From contig OZ241326.1 of assembly GCA_965199855.1 (NCBI GenBank), positions 2,816,001 through 2,880,000 of the forward strand: DNA of 64,000 nt. Direction: 5' to 3'. Numbering within the stretch: position 1 is the stretch's first letter; every line of letters starts with the position of its first letter. Shown here one piece after another: positions 46,420-54,901 of the stretch. The notes beneath the pieces are model-generated. The model ran no database searches and had not been told where the DNA came from. It saw only the letters and a program-made list of their open reading frames with translations. A program made the translations under genes and the position numbers. This DNA is from a bacterium. GTDB taxonomy: Bacteria > UBA8248.

Positions 46420-47475
46420 TCAGTCGATGATTTCCCATTCGCCCGAATGCCGATCCAGCTGCGCCGCGCTGTAGGGGTCCACCTCGTGGTCGCGCTCGGG
46501 AATTTCGACGCGCTTCTCCTCGCCGCACAGGGCGGTGGTGAAGTAGCGCTGCCCCGTGTCGTTGACGTTCGTGACGATGCTCTCCAGCTCCGGGTGCAGG
46601 CGCGCCACCTTGAGCGCGGCCGCCGCGTTGCAGCCCGAGGAGACGCCGCAGAAAATACCCTCCTCGCGCGCCAGGCGCCGCGCCGCCTCCAGCGCCTCCT
46701 CCGTCGTCGTCGTCACGACGCCGGAGAGTAGCGAGAGGTCGAGCGCCTTCGGCACGAAGCCGTCCCCGATGCCCTCGATGCCGTGCGGCCCCCAGCCCCT
46801 TCGGCTCAGGAGCGGACACTCGGCCGGCTCCACCGCGTAGAGCTTCACGTCCGGGCTGCGCTCGCGCAGAAACCTGCCCACCCCGCTCACCCAGCCGCCC
46901 GTGCCCTGGGAGGCCACGACGGCGTCCACGCGCCCGTCCAGCTGCTCCCATATCTCGGGCCCGGTCGTGAGGTAGTGCGCCTCGTTGTTGTCGAGGTTGT
47001 CGAACTGGGCGGGAACCCAGTATCCATCGGGCGCGGCCGCACGGATTTCCTCGAGCCTCGCCAGCGCGAGGTCCACGTCGCTCTCCCCGCCGGGCGTGAA
47101 CACCAGGTCGGCGCCGTAGGCGCGCATGAGCTTCTTGCGCTCGTCGCTCATGCCCTCGGGCATGACCACGACGCAGGGGTAGCCCTTTACCGCCGAGACG
47201 AACGCGCAGGCGACGCCCGCGTTGCCGGTGGAGCATTCGAGCACCGTCATGCCCGCCTTCAGGTCGCCGCGCTCCTCGGCCTTCGAGATCATGTTGAGGT
47301 AGATGCGATCCTTGAGGCTGCCGGTGGGCGAATACCACTCGAGCTTCGCATAGACGGCGGGGCGGACGCCGGACGCCGCCCGGCGCAGGCGCACCAGGGG
47401 CGTTCCGCCGATGGCGTCCAGGATGCTTTCCGAACGGCGCCTGTAGGAATCCCACTCCCGCTTCCGAATGCCCAT
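46420..47475 (-). CDS. PLP-dependent cysteine synthase family protein
   Basis: IGGTPLVRL, KLE..SPTGSLKDR, STGNAG, GTGG, IEGIG, GVSSG, DTGQRY. Confidence 0.85.
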   Translation of the reverse strand: MGIRKREWDSYRRRSESILDAIGGTPLVRLRRAASGVRPAVYAKLEWYSPTGSLKDRIYLNMISKAEERGDLKAGMTVLECSTGNAGVACAFVSAVKGYPCVVVMPEGMSDERKKLMRAYGADLVFTPGGESDVDLALARLEEIRAAAPDGYWVPAQFDNLDNNEAHYLTTGPEIWEQLDGRVDAVVASQGTGGWVSGVGRFLRERSPDVKLYAVEPAECPLLSRRGWGPHGIEGIGDGFVPKALDLSLLSGVVTTTTEEALEAARRLAREEGIFCGVSSGCNAAAALKVARLHPELESIVTNVNDTGQRYFTTALCGEEKRVEIPERDHEVDPYSAAQLDRHSGEWEIID

Positions 47476-47632
47476 GCCCCGCGCCTTATGAAGGAGAAAG
47501 ACTCATTCGCCGACGTCCCGTGAATCCCTGAACTTCTGAAGCGTTCTCTCCCCTGTTCCCCTCGCCTTGAAGCCGCCGGCTTCCAGACGGAAACGCGCGA
47601 ACTGCATCGCCGCCGAGAGGCCGCGCCCCGCC

Positions 47633-48589
47633 CTAGCCCGCCCGGAGGCGGGGGATGATCTCCTTCGCCAGAATCTCGACCTGCGCCATCTCGTATTTGT
47701 AGGGAACGAAGATGAGCCTATCCACGCCCGTGGCCACGTGCGCCCGCAGCTGCTCCACGCACTCCTCGATCGTTCCCATGACGGCGCTTTCGGCCGTGGA
47801 CTCGCTCCAGGAGGCGTAGTCCCACTCCTTGTGGAGCCATTCGTTCATCGGCCCCTCCACCTCGGCGCGGGACGCCCCCGCCATGACGGGCAGCTGGTTC
47901 GCGCTCTCGAGCGCGTCTGGGTCGCGCCCCGCCGCTTCGGCGAAGCGGCGCACCTTCTCCCAGGAGCGCGCGAAGCTCTCGGGCGTGTAGAAGTAGGTGA
48001 GCCAGCCGTCGCCCTTCTCGCCCGCGCGCCTGAGCGCGCGATCCACGTAGCCGCCTATCAGGATGGGCGGCCTCGGCCGCTGCGCGGGCTTGGGGAACAT
48101 GACGGAATTCCGCAGGTTGTAGGGGCCGTATTCCGCGCGCACCATGTCCTCCGTCCACAGGCGCGTGAGAATCTCGATGCTTTGATCCATGAGGGCGCCG
48201 CGCCGCTCGAAGGGAACGCCCACGGCGTCGAACTCGCGCTTGTACCAGCCCGCCGCCATGCCGAGCAGGAGGCGGCCGTTCGATATCTGATCGATGCTGG
48301 AGAGCTGCTTGGCCAGCACGAGCGGGTTCCTGAGCGGGAGGACGAGCACCCCCGTGCCGAGCCGGATGCCGCGCGTCCGCGCGGCCACGGCGGTGAGAAG
48401 CGTCAGCGACTCGATGATGGGAAAATGCGGCTCCACGCCCAGCAGGATGTGATCCCACACCCACAGGGACTCGAAGCCCAGCTCCTCCATGGCGACGCCG
48501 TATTCGATGAGCGCGCCGGCGTCGGGCAGTTCGGGATGCGCGGTGAAGTTGCGCATGGCGATTCCGAATTTCACGTCTTTTTCCGGCAC
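47633..48589 (-). CDS. LLM-class flavin/F420-dependent oxidoreductase
   Basis: GFESLWVWDH, LGTGVLVLPLRNP, SNGRL.LG, PKP.Q.P.PPILIGG, GDGW. Confidence 0.88.
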   Translation of the reverse strand: MPEKDVKFGIAMRNFTAHPELPDAGALIEYGVAMEELGFESLWVWDHILLGVEPHFPIIESLTLLTAVAARTRGIRLGTGVLVLPLRNPLVLAKQLSSIDQISNGRLLLGMAAGWYKREFDAVGVPFERRGALMDQSIEILTRLWTEDMVRAEYGPYNLRNSVMFPKPAQRPRPPILIGGYVDRALRRAGEKGDGWLTYFYTPESFARSWEKVRRFAEAAGRDPDALESANQLPVMAGASRAEVEGPMNEWLHKEWDYASWSESTAESAVMGTIEECVEQLRAHVATGVDRLIFVPYKYEMAQVEILAKEIIPRLRAG

Positions 48590-48605
48590 GTCGGCCTCCT
48601 CGATG

Positions 48606-49871
48606 TCATTCCGCGCCGCACCAGTTCAGGATGGAGAGCGCCAGCGTCTTCGTCGCGTCAATCACGTCCTCCACGGCCACCCACTCGTTGTTCGCGTGCA
48701 TCTGGGTGGTGGGGCCGGGCCCGAAAATCACCGTCGGGACGCCGAAGCCGATCAGAAAGCGCGTGTCGGCGGCGCCCTGCCTGCCGGAGATTTCAGGCGC
48801 CGCGCCCGACGCCTCCTCATAGGCGTCCGCCACCGTCCGCACGATGGGGTGCGCGGGGTCGATGGCGGCCGATTCGGCGTAATACCCCGTGAAGCGGACC
48901 TCGGGCGGATGCTCCCGCATCCAGGGATCCTCGCGCGCCGCCTGCGCCACCTGCTCGACCAGGCTCCGCTTGGCCGCGTCGTGATCCTCCCCCGGCACGG
49001 TGGCCAGGCTCCCCTTGAGGACGCAGGTGTCCGGGAAGGCGCTCGGAAAGCTCCCCGCCTCCATCGAGCCGACCATGCAGGGAATCGCGTCGATGATCCT
49101 GGGATAGAGCGGATGCGAGACCGTCTCCAGACGCTTCTCCTCGAGCGCCGCCACGGCCCGGACGATCCTGCAGCCCAGGTCGATGGCGTTCACGCCCCGG
49201 TATCTGCGCTGAATGCCCGCCGCCTTTCCGCGCACGAGAATCTGGAACCAGATTCTGCCGATGCAGCCGGGCTGAACGGCGTTTCCGCTCGTCTCGCAGC
49301 AGATGCCCGCGTCCGCCGTATAGCCGCGCAGCAGGGTGTCGAGCGTGCCGTGGCCGCTCAGCTCCTCATCGACCACGAAGTCGAGGATGACGTCGCCCCC
49401 GGGCCTGAGCCCCGCCGCCATGAAGCACTTCGCCGCCATGATGATGGCCGCCACGCCGCTTTTCATGTCCGAGGCGCCGCGTCCGTAGAGGCGCCCCTCC
49501 TCGATGTCGGCGGAGAGCGGCCCGTGCTCCCAGGCGTCCGCCGGGCCGTGGGGGACGGTGTCGGTGTGGCCGTTGAGCAGGAGCGACCTGCCCCCGCCCG
49601 CGCCCCTGAGCACGCCGACCACGTTCGGCCGCCCCTCGTAGCCCCGCGTGACGGGCACGTATTCGGGGCGCTTCTTGAGCGCCTCCCAGTCCGACTCCCA
49701 GACGTCCACCTCGAGGCCCATCCCGCGCAGAAGCCCGGCGACGTGGGCCTGAATCTCGCCCTCCTCCCCCGTCACGCTCGGGATGCGGACGAGGGTCGAG
49801 AGCAGGGCGATGATCTCCTCCCGGTGGGCCTCGACCTGCTCCAGAATCCTTTCCCTGCGCCCTTCGCTCAT
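48606..49871 (-). CDS. ArgE/DapE (M20) family deacylase
   Basis: LLLNGHTDTV, LYGRGASDMKSG, VVDEE, FGPG...HANNE. Confidence 0.9.
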   Translation of the reverse strand: MSEGRRERILEQVEAHREEIIALLSTLVRIPSVTGEEGEIQAHVAGLLRGMGLEVDVWESDWEALKKRPEYVPVTRGYEGRPNVVGVLRGAGGGRSLLLNGHTDTVPHGPADAWEHGPLSADIEEGRLYGRGASDMKSGVAAIIMAAKCFMAAGLRPGGDVILDFVVDEELSGHGTLDTLLRGYTADAGICCETSGNAVQPGCIGRIWFQILVRGKAAGIQRRYRGVNAIDLGCRIVRAVAALEEKRLETVSHPLYPRIIDAIPCMVGSMEAGSFPSAFPDTCVLKGSLATVPGEDHDAAKRSLVEQVAQAAREDPWMREHPPEVRFTGYYAESAAIDPAHPIVRTVADAYEEASGAAPEISGRQGAADTRFLIGFGVPTVIFGPGPTTQMHANNEWVAVEDVIDATKTLALSILNWCGAE

Positions 49872-49886
49872 GGCGGCTCCCTGCGT

Positions 49887-50660
49887 TCACGCGGTGTAGA
49901 TTCTCTCCGGATCGAGATGGCGAAGCGCGGCCAGCTCCTCCTCGGCGGGAGGCTCCGTGGTCGGCGCGTCGGGGGCGATGAGGAGCTCGAAGCCCGCGTT
50001 CTCCCGCACGCGCTCGGCCGTCACGCCCGGGTGCAGCGCCTTGACGCGCATCCGCCCCGTCTCCTCGTCGAAGTCGAAAAGCGCGAGGTCGGTGACCACG
50101 AGGCGCATCCCCCCCGCCGGCAGGCCGGCCTCGCGCCTCGACGCGCCGCCCCGCAGATAGCCGGGGCTGGTGATGAAGTCCACGCGCTCCACGAAGCGGC
50201 GCTTCTCCAGGGGCATCGCCACGATCATGCTGGTGAGGCTCGAAATGTCGTTGCCCCCGCCCGTGCCGGGCAGCCGCACGGCGGGCGCGTCCGCCGCGCC
50301 GATGAAGGAGCTGTTCAGGTTGCCGTACCGGTCGATCTGCGCCCCCCCCATGAAGCCCACGTCCACGTAGCCGCGCTGGAGCAGGAGCAGCACCTCCGTG
50401 ATGCTCACGAGCATGTTCGCCTTGCGCGTGCAGCGCTGCTCGTTCGTGGTGGGCGGAAGCCGGCCGGGGACGATGTGGGGGCCGATGGTGCCGCCCTCGA
50501 AGAGAATCGTCAGGCCCGGGGCGTGAAGGCGCTGGGCCAGCGTGGCCGCCAGCAGGGGAACGCCCACGCCCGCGAAAACCACCTGGCCCTCCTCGAGCGC
50601 GCGGGCGCTCATCACGCACAGCAGCTCCGACGCCGTGAAGTCCCTCGCCTCAATCGTCAT
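49887..50660 (-). CDS. Family I CoA transferase subunit B (GctB/CatJ-like)
   Basis: FAGVGVP, ILFEGG (catalytic Glu), GAQIDRYGNLNS, RLPGTGGGND, VDFITSPG. Confidence 0.88.
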   Translation of the reverse strand: MTIEARDFTASELLCVMSARALEEGQVVFAGVGVPLLAATLAQRLHAPGLTILFEGGTIGPHIVPGRLPPTTNEQRCTRKANMLVSITEVLLLLQRGYVDVGFMGGAQIDRYGNLNSSFIGAADAPAVRLPGTGGGNDISSLTSMIVAMPLEKRRFVERVDFITSPGYLRGGASRREAGLPAGGMRLVVTDLALFDFDEETGRMRVKALHPGVTAERVRENAGFELLIAPDAPTTEPPAEEELAALRHLDPERIYTA

Positions 50661-51603
50661 GCACGCTCCTCCCCCGGCGCGCCGCGTCCAGGAGCGCGTC
50701 CAGTCCGAGGCACTCCAGATATTCCGTCCAGCTGCCGGGCGCGTGGTAATACTCCTCCAGATACGCCTTCACGCCCTCCATCGGCTCCTTCCGCGTGCGC
50801 TCGGCGTAGTCGTCCATGTGCGCGAACAGGGGCTCATAGACGCCGTAGCACTCGTGCGGGGCGCAGCCGTAGGGCGCCTCCACCACGGCGTCCACGGCGA
50901 AGAAGGGAATCCTCGTCCTGTCGGGCGCCCGCCTGATCTGATCGTTCGAGATGACGCGCTCGGTGGTGAGGACGACGCGGTTCGCCGCCATGGCCATGTC
51001 GACGTCCATGAAGGTGAGGCCGTCGAGCTGCGCGTTGCCGTAAGGGTCGCATCGCTGGACGTGAATCAGCGCCACGTCGGGGTTGAGCGCCGGCGCGAGG
51101 AGGATTTTATCGCCCGTGAAGGGGCATTCCATCTCCTCGAGATTCCCGAGGCGGGCGGCCACGTCCGAGCCCATCATGGAGCGCATGGGCATGAAGGGAA
51201 CCCCCATCGCCCCCGCCCTGTATCTGAGGCCGATCGACATGTGGCTCCACTCCTCGAAGCGCGCCAGCCCGTTTTCGGTGAAGTGCCGCATGACGCGCGA
51301 GACGCCCCAGACGATGCCCTGGCTGAACCAGCTCGTGAGGATGCGATCCCCCAGGCCCGAGGCGAAAATGAGGTCGCCCTCGGTGGAGACGATGCTCCGC
51401 GAGAAGGAGAGCCCCTTCCTCCCCGCGCGAATCAGCGCCCAGAGCATGGCGAAGGGCGTTCTCGACGCCGTGCAGCCGCCGAGGGCGACGTGGTCGCCCT
51501 CGTTCACGAACGCGCAGGCCTCCTCCAGGGTCATCACCTTCTCCCGAAGGCTGCGATCCCGCGCCTGGGTGCGCTCCCTGAGCGAAAGATAATCGCGCGT
51601 CAC
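50650..51603 (-). CDS. Family I CoA transferase subunit A (GctA/CatI-like)
   Basis: KVMTLEEA, AGAMGVPF.P, GSD, PDVALIHVQRCD.YGN, V..PYG..P. Confidence 0.88.
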   Translation of the reverse strand: MTRDYLSLRERTQARDRSLREKVMTLEEACAFVNEGDHVALGGCTASRTPFAMLWALIRAGRKGLSFSRSIVSTEGDLIFASGLGDRILTSWFSQGIVWGVSRVMRHFTENGLARFEEWSHMSIGLRYRAGAMGVPFMPMRSMMGSDVAARLGNLEEMECPFTGDKILLAPALNPDVALIHVQRCDPYGNAQLDGLTFMDVDMAMAANRVVLTTERVISNDQIRRAPDRTRIPFFAVDAVVEAPYGCAPHECYGVYEPLFAHMDDYAERTRKEPMEGVKAYLEEYYHAPGSWTEYLECLGLDALLDAARRGRSVHDD

Positions 51604-51816
51604 GTCCTCTCCCCGCCGCGCCGAAGCCGTGGAGGCTCATGGGATTTCCCGCGAATCCCCGCGCCGCTCGTCCCATGAGGGAATGTCTCCTCCAGCATAA
51701 ACGCGCCGCGCCGGACGCGCAAGGCGGAAAGCGGCGCCGCCCGCCTCTCGCGCGCGGGGCCGGCGCGGCGCGCCCGCGCTTTTGACGCCGCGTCCCCCGT
51801 TTGCCATGATGGGCGC

Positions 51817-53145
51817 ATGAACGCCGCGGACTTCAGAACCTGGCTCGCGCATCTCGAGGAAAGCGGGCGGCTGAGGCGCGTCGCCCGCAAGGTCGCCCTG
51901 CGCCACGAGGTCGCCGCCCTCTCGCGGAAGGCGGACGGCGAAGCCGCGCTCCTCTTCGAGAAAACCGACGGCGCGCCGATGCCCGTCGCCGCCAACGTCG
52001 CCTGCCGGAGGTCGTGGTACGCAGAAACCATGGGGGTCGCGCCCGAGGCGCTGCTGCCCGAGCTTCAGCGCAGGCAGGAAATCAGGCTCAAGCCCCGAGA
52101 GGCGTCCGACGCGCCGTTTCTCCACGAAGTCATCACGCGGGACATCGACGTCCGGCGCATCCTCCCCCTGCCCACCTACCACGAGCTGGACGGGGGGCCT
52201 TACGTCTCCGCCGGCGTCTTCATCGCGCGGGACCCGGACACAGGCGCAGGCAACGTCTCGATTCACAGGATGCACGCCCTGGAGCCGGACCTCTTCGGCC
52301 TGCTCGTCCTCCCGCGCCACCTGAAGGGCATGATGCGGCGCGCGGCCGAACGCGGGGAGGCGCTCCGCGCGGCCGTCTGCGTGGGGCTGGACCCCCTGCT
52401 CCTCATGGCGAGCCAGCTGGTGCTCGCCCCGGGAGAGGACGAGCTGGAGGCGGCGGGCGGGCTTAGCGGCCGCGCCGTGGAAACGGCGCCCGCCCCCTGG
52501 TCGGGCATTCCCGTCCCCGCGGGGGCGGAAATCGTCATCGAGGGGGAGATTCCCCCGGCAGAGCGCAGGCGGGAGGGGCCCTTCGGCGAGTTTCCGCGCT
52601 ACTACGGCCCGGCGGCGGAGCGCGAGGTGTTCCGGGTGAAGTCCGTCGCCATGCGGGAGCGCCCGGTGTTCTACTCCATCCTGGCGGCGGGCTGCGACCA
52701 TCTGCTCATGGGCGCGATTCCGAGGGAGGCGGCGCTCCTGCGCGACCTTCAGAAGGCGGTTCCCTCCGTCACCGACGCGGCTCTCCCCCTCTCCGGGGCG
52801 GGCCGCTTCCACTGCGTGATCCAGATGCGCAAGGCAAACGAGGGGGAGCCCAAAAGCGCGCTCATGGCCGCGCTCGCCGCCCACTACGACGTGAAGCGCG
52901 CCGTCTGCGTGGATCACGACATCGACGCTCACGACCCCGCGCAGGTCGATTGGGCGCTGGCGACGCGCTTTCAGGCGGACGCGGATTCGTTCATCGTCCC
53001 CGGCGCCTGGGGCAGCCGCCTCGACCCCTCCGCCAGCGAGGGCGTGACCGCCAAGATGGGCATGGACGCCACCGCGCCCCTGGGCGGGCTGGAGGGCGCC
53101 TTCCGCCCCCTGAGAATTCCGGGCGCCGAGGACGCGGCGTTCTAG
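51817..53145 (+). CDS. UbiD-family (prFMN-dependent) decarboxylase
   Basis: DGGPYV, NVSIHRM, AEIVIEG, EGPFGEF, VD.DID, WALATRFQ, LDPS, KMGMDAT. Confidence 0.9.
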   Translation: MNAADFRTWLAHLEESGRLRRVARKVALRHEVAALSRKADGEAALLFEKTDGAPMPVAANVACRRSWYAETMGVAPEALLPELQRRQEIRLKPREASDAPFLHEVITRDIDVRRILPLPTYHELDGGPYVSAGVFIARDPDTGAGNVSIHRMHALEPDLFGLLVLPRHLKGMMRRAAERGEALRAAVCVGLDPLLLMASQLVLAPGEDELEAAGGLSGRAVETAPAPWSGIPVPAGAEIVIEGEIPPAERRREGPFGEFPRYYGPAAEREVFRVKSVAMRERPVFYSILAAGCDHLLMGAIPREAALLRDLQKAVPSVTDAALPLSGAGRFHCVIQMRKANEGEPKSALMAALAAHYDVKRAVCVDHDIDAHDPAQVDWALATRFQADADSFIVPGAWGSRLDPSASEGVTAKMGMDATAPLGGLEGAFRPLRIPGAEDAAF

Positions 53146-53240
53146 ACGCGGGGGAGATTTCGCGGAGGATTGAAAGAGGCGGCCGTTTCGCAGGGGCGGT
53201 TCGGAACCCGCCCTTTCAAGGACGACGGAGCGGCGAGGCG

Positions 53241-53262
53241 CGTCATTCCGGCGGCAATCCAG
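53241..53262 (+). repeat. Internally deleted CGTC-tagged repeat copy
   Basis: cgtcattccggcggcaatccag keeps both ends of the 28-mer but lacks the centre. Confidence 0.7.
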
Positions 53263-53271
53263 CCGAGCGCG

Positions 53272-53299
53272 CGTCATTCCGGCGAAAGCCGGAATCCAG
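53272..53299 (+). repeat. CGTC-tagged palindromic repeat, left arm
   Basis: cgtcattccggcgaaagccggaatccag, containing the hairpin attccggc-gaaa-gccggaat. Confidence 0.9.
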
Positions 53300-53300
53300 C

Positions 53301-53588
53301 TCAGGCGAGTTCCGCCAGCAAATCGCGCCATGCCGGATTGTCTTTTTCAATCAGCGCGAGCTTCCACGCCCGTTTCCAACTTTTGATGTTCTTTTCACGG
53401 GTGATCGCGCTTTCCATCGTTTCGTGGCTTTCATACCAGACCAGTCTGTGGACGCCATAGCGCCTCGTGAAGCCTTCGATCGAATGATTCTTGTGCTGTT
53501 GGACGCGCCGAAGGAGATTGGAAGTGACGCCGACATAGAGCGTCCCGTTGCGCTTGTTCGCGAGAATATAGACGCAAGGCTCCTTCAT
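53301..53588 (-). CDS. Stand-alone GIY-YIG nuclease (UPF0213/YhbQ-like)
   Basis: Start re-set to MKEPCVYIL. VYIL...LYVGVT.NL.RRV.QH...FT..Y...LVWYE...AITREK.IK.WKR.WK..LIE..NP.W.DL. Confidence 0.92.
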   Translation of the reverse strand: MKEPCVYILANKRNGTLYVGVTSNLLRRVQQHKNHSIEGFTRRYGVHRLVWYESHETMESAITREKNIKSWKRAWKLALIEKDNPAWRDLLAELA

Positions 53589-53605
53589 GCGTCCGGGCAA
53601 TTCCC

Positions 53606-53633
53606 CTGGATTCCGGCTTTCGCCGGAATGACG
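53606..53633 (-). repeat. CGTC-tagged palindromic repeat, right arm
   Basis: ctggattccggctttcgccggaatgacg is the exact reverse complement of 53272-53299. Confidence 0.9.
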
Positions 53634-53796
53634 GCTTGGGACGGCTCCTGAATCCACCAGTCCCGAAATGGAATCCGCCAGTCCCGGCAATGAAAGCGAT
53701 GGTCAACCGCTTCCCTGCCAAGCGGAATGGCGGGGCGATACCGGCTTCTCCGGTCTCTATCAGCGTCCGCGAGCCCGCTGTCCAGAGCCTTCGGGA

Positions 53797-53824
53797 CGTC
53801 GTTCCGGCGAAAGCCGGAATCCAG
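53797..53824 (+). repeat. CGTC-tagged palindromic repeat, additional copy
   Basis: cgtcgttccggcgaaagccggaatccag, one mismatch to 53272-53299. Confidence 0.85.
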
Positions 53825-53938
53825 CGTCTTTTTCGTCGGCTCCGGCTCGCGGCTTCCACCGCCACGGCGAAGGGAAGCGAAAAGCCTCCTGGCTCGGCGG
53901 GGCGCGTCATCGCCCCGGACAGCGAGGGCGATTCCGCT

Positions 53939-54901
53939 TCATCCCAGATTCAGATGCGGCAGAACCTCGCGCGTGAACCGCTCCAGCTGGCCCGCCTGAT
54001 CCCGGTGGGTGAAGCGAAGCGATACGTGCCGGGCGCCCGCCTCGATGAAGGCGTTGACGCGCTCTATCAGCGCCTCCGCCGGGCCGTAGATGCCCCACTT
54101 CTCGATGGAATCGCCCCAGAAGGGCGCGTAGTAGTAGTCGAGCAGGAACGCCTCGGCGTTCCGCATGGCGGATTCCCTGTCGTCGTCGATGCAGGTCGTC
54201 ATATACCACGCGGGGGTTCCGGGCTCGCGTCCGTTCTCGCGGGCGAGGCGGACGATCCTCCCCCAGGTTTCCCTGAATTCCTCGGGCGTCACGCGGTTGG
54301 GAAACCAGCCGTCCCCGTAGAGGGCGACCCTCCGCCAGGCGGTCTCCACCGTGGCCGAGGCTATCCACATGGGCACGGTCTTCTGGATGGGCCTGTGCGC
54401 CAGCGTGACGCCGCGCACATGATAATACCGACCCTCGAAGGTCACGCTCTCCTCCGTCCAGAGCCTGCGCATGAGCGTCATGTGCTCCTGCATGTAGAAC
54501 ATGCGCTTTCGGAAGGGAACGCCCAGGGTCTCGAACTCGTGGACGCACTCCTCGGGCTTGGGCGGGCCGATGCCGACGCCCAGAATCACGCGCCCGCCCG
54601 AGAGGACGTCCAGCGTCGCCACCTGATAGGCGAGAAAAACGGGGTCGCGCAGGCAGGGGAGGAAGACGGCGGTGCCGAGCTTCACGCGCTTCGTCCGCGC
54701 GGCGACGGCGGAGAGCACGGCCAAGGCCTCGAGCCGGGGCTTCGCCAGGACGGAATCGCCCACGAACACCGAATCGTAGCCCATGTCCTCCGCGCGCTCG
54801 GCCAGGTCGATGACGGGCGCCGCGTCCGGCGCGCCGCCGCTCCAGAGCAGCGCCCCGCGCGTGGGGAGCAGCACGCCGAGCCTTACCCTTCTCTCGCTCA
54901 T
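53939..54901 (-). CDS. LLM-class oxidoreductase
   Basis: Start re-set to MSERRVRLG. LLPTRG, GYDSVFVGDS, LGTAV, SGGRVILGVG, GDGW. Confidence 0.88.
   Translation of the reverse strand: MSERRVRLGVLLPTRGALLWSGGAPDAAPVIDLAERAEDMGYDSVFVGDSVLAKPRLEALAVLSAVAARTKRVKLGTAVFLPCLRDPVFLAYQVATLDVLSGGRVILGVGIGPPKPEECVHEFETLGVPFRKRMFYMQEHMTLMRRLWTEESVTFEGRYYHVRGVTLAHRPIQKTVPMWIASATVETAWRRVALYGDGWFPNRVTPEEFRETWGRIVRLARENGREPGTPAWYMTTCIDDDRESAMRNAEAFLLDYYYAPFWGDSIEKWGIYGPAEALIERVNAFIEAGARHVSLRFTHRDQAGQLERFTREVLPHLNLG

Noticed and set aside
53241-53824. Possible CRISPR array
   Set aside because: The copies are in mixed orientation with irregular spacing, one interval holds a gene, and there are no cas genes.
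53170-53999. Small ORFs containing WIPAFAGMT / RHSGESRNP / SFRRKPES
   Set aside because: These are translations of the CGTC palindromic repeat in different frames, not proteins.
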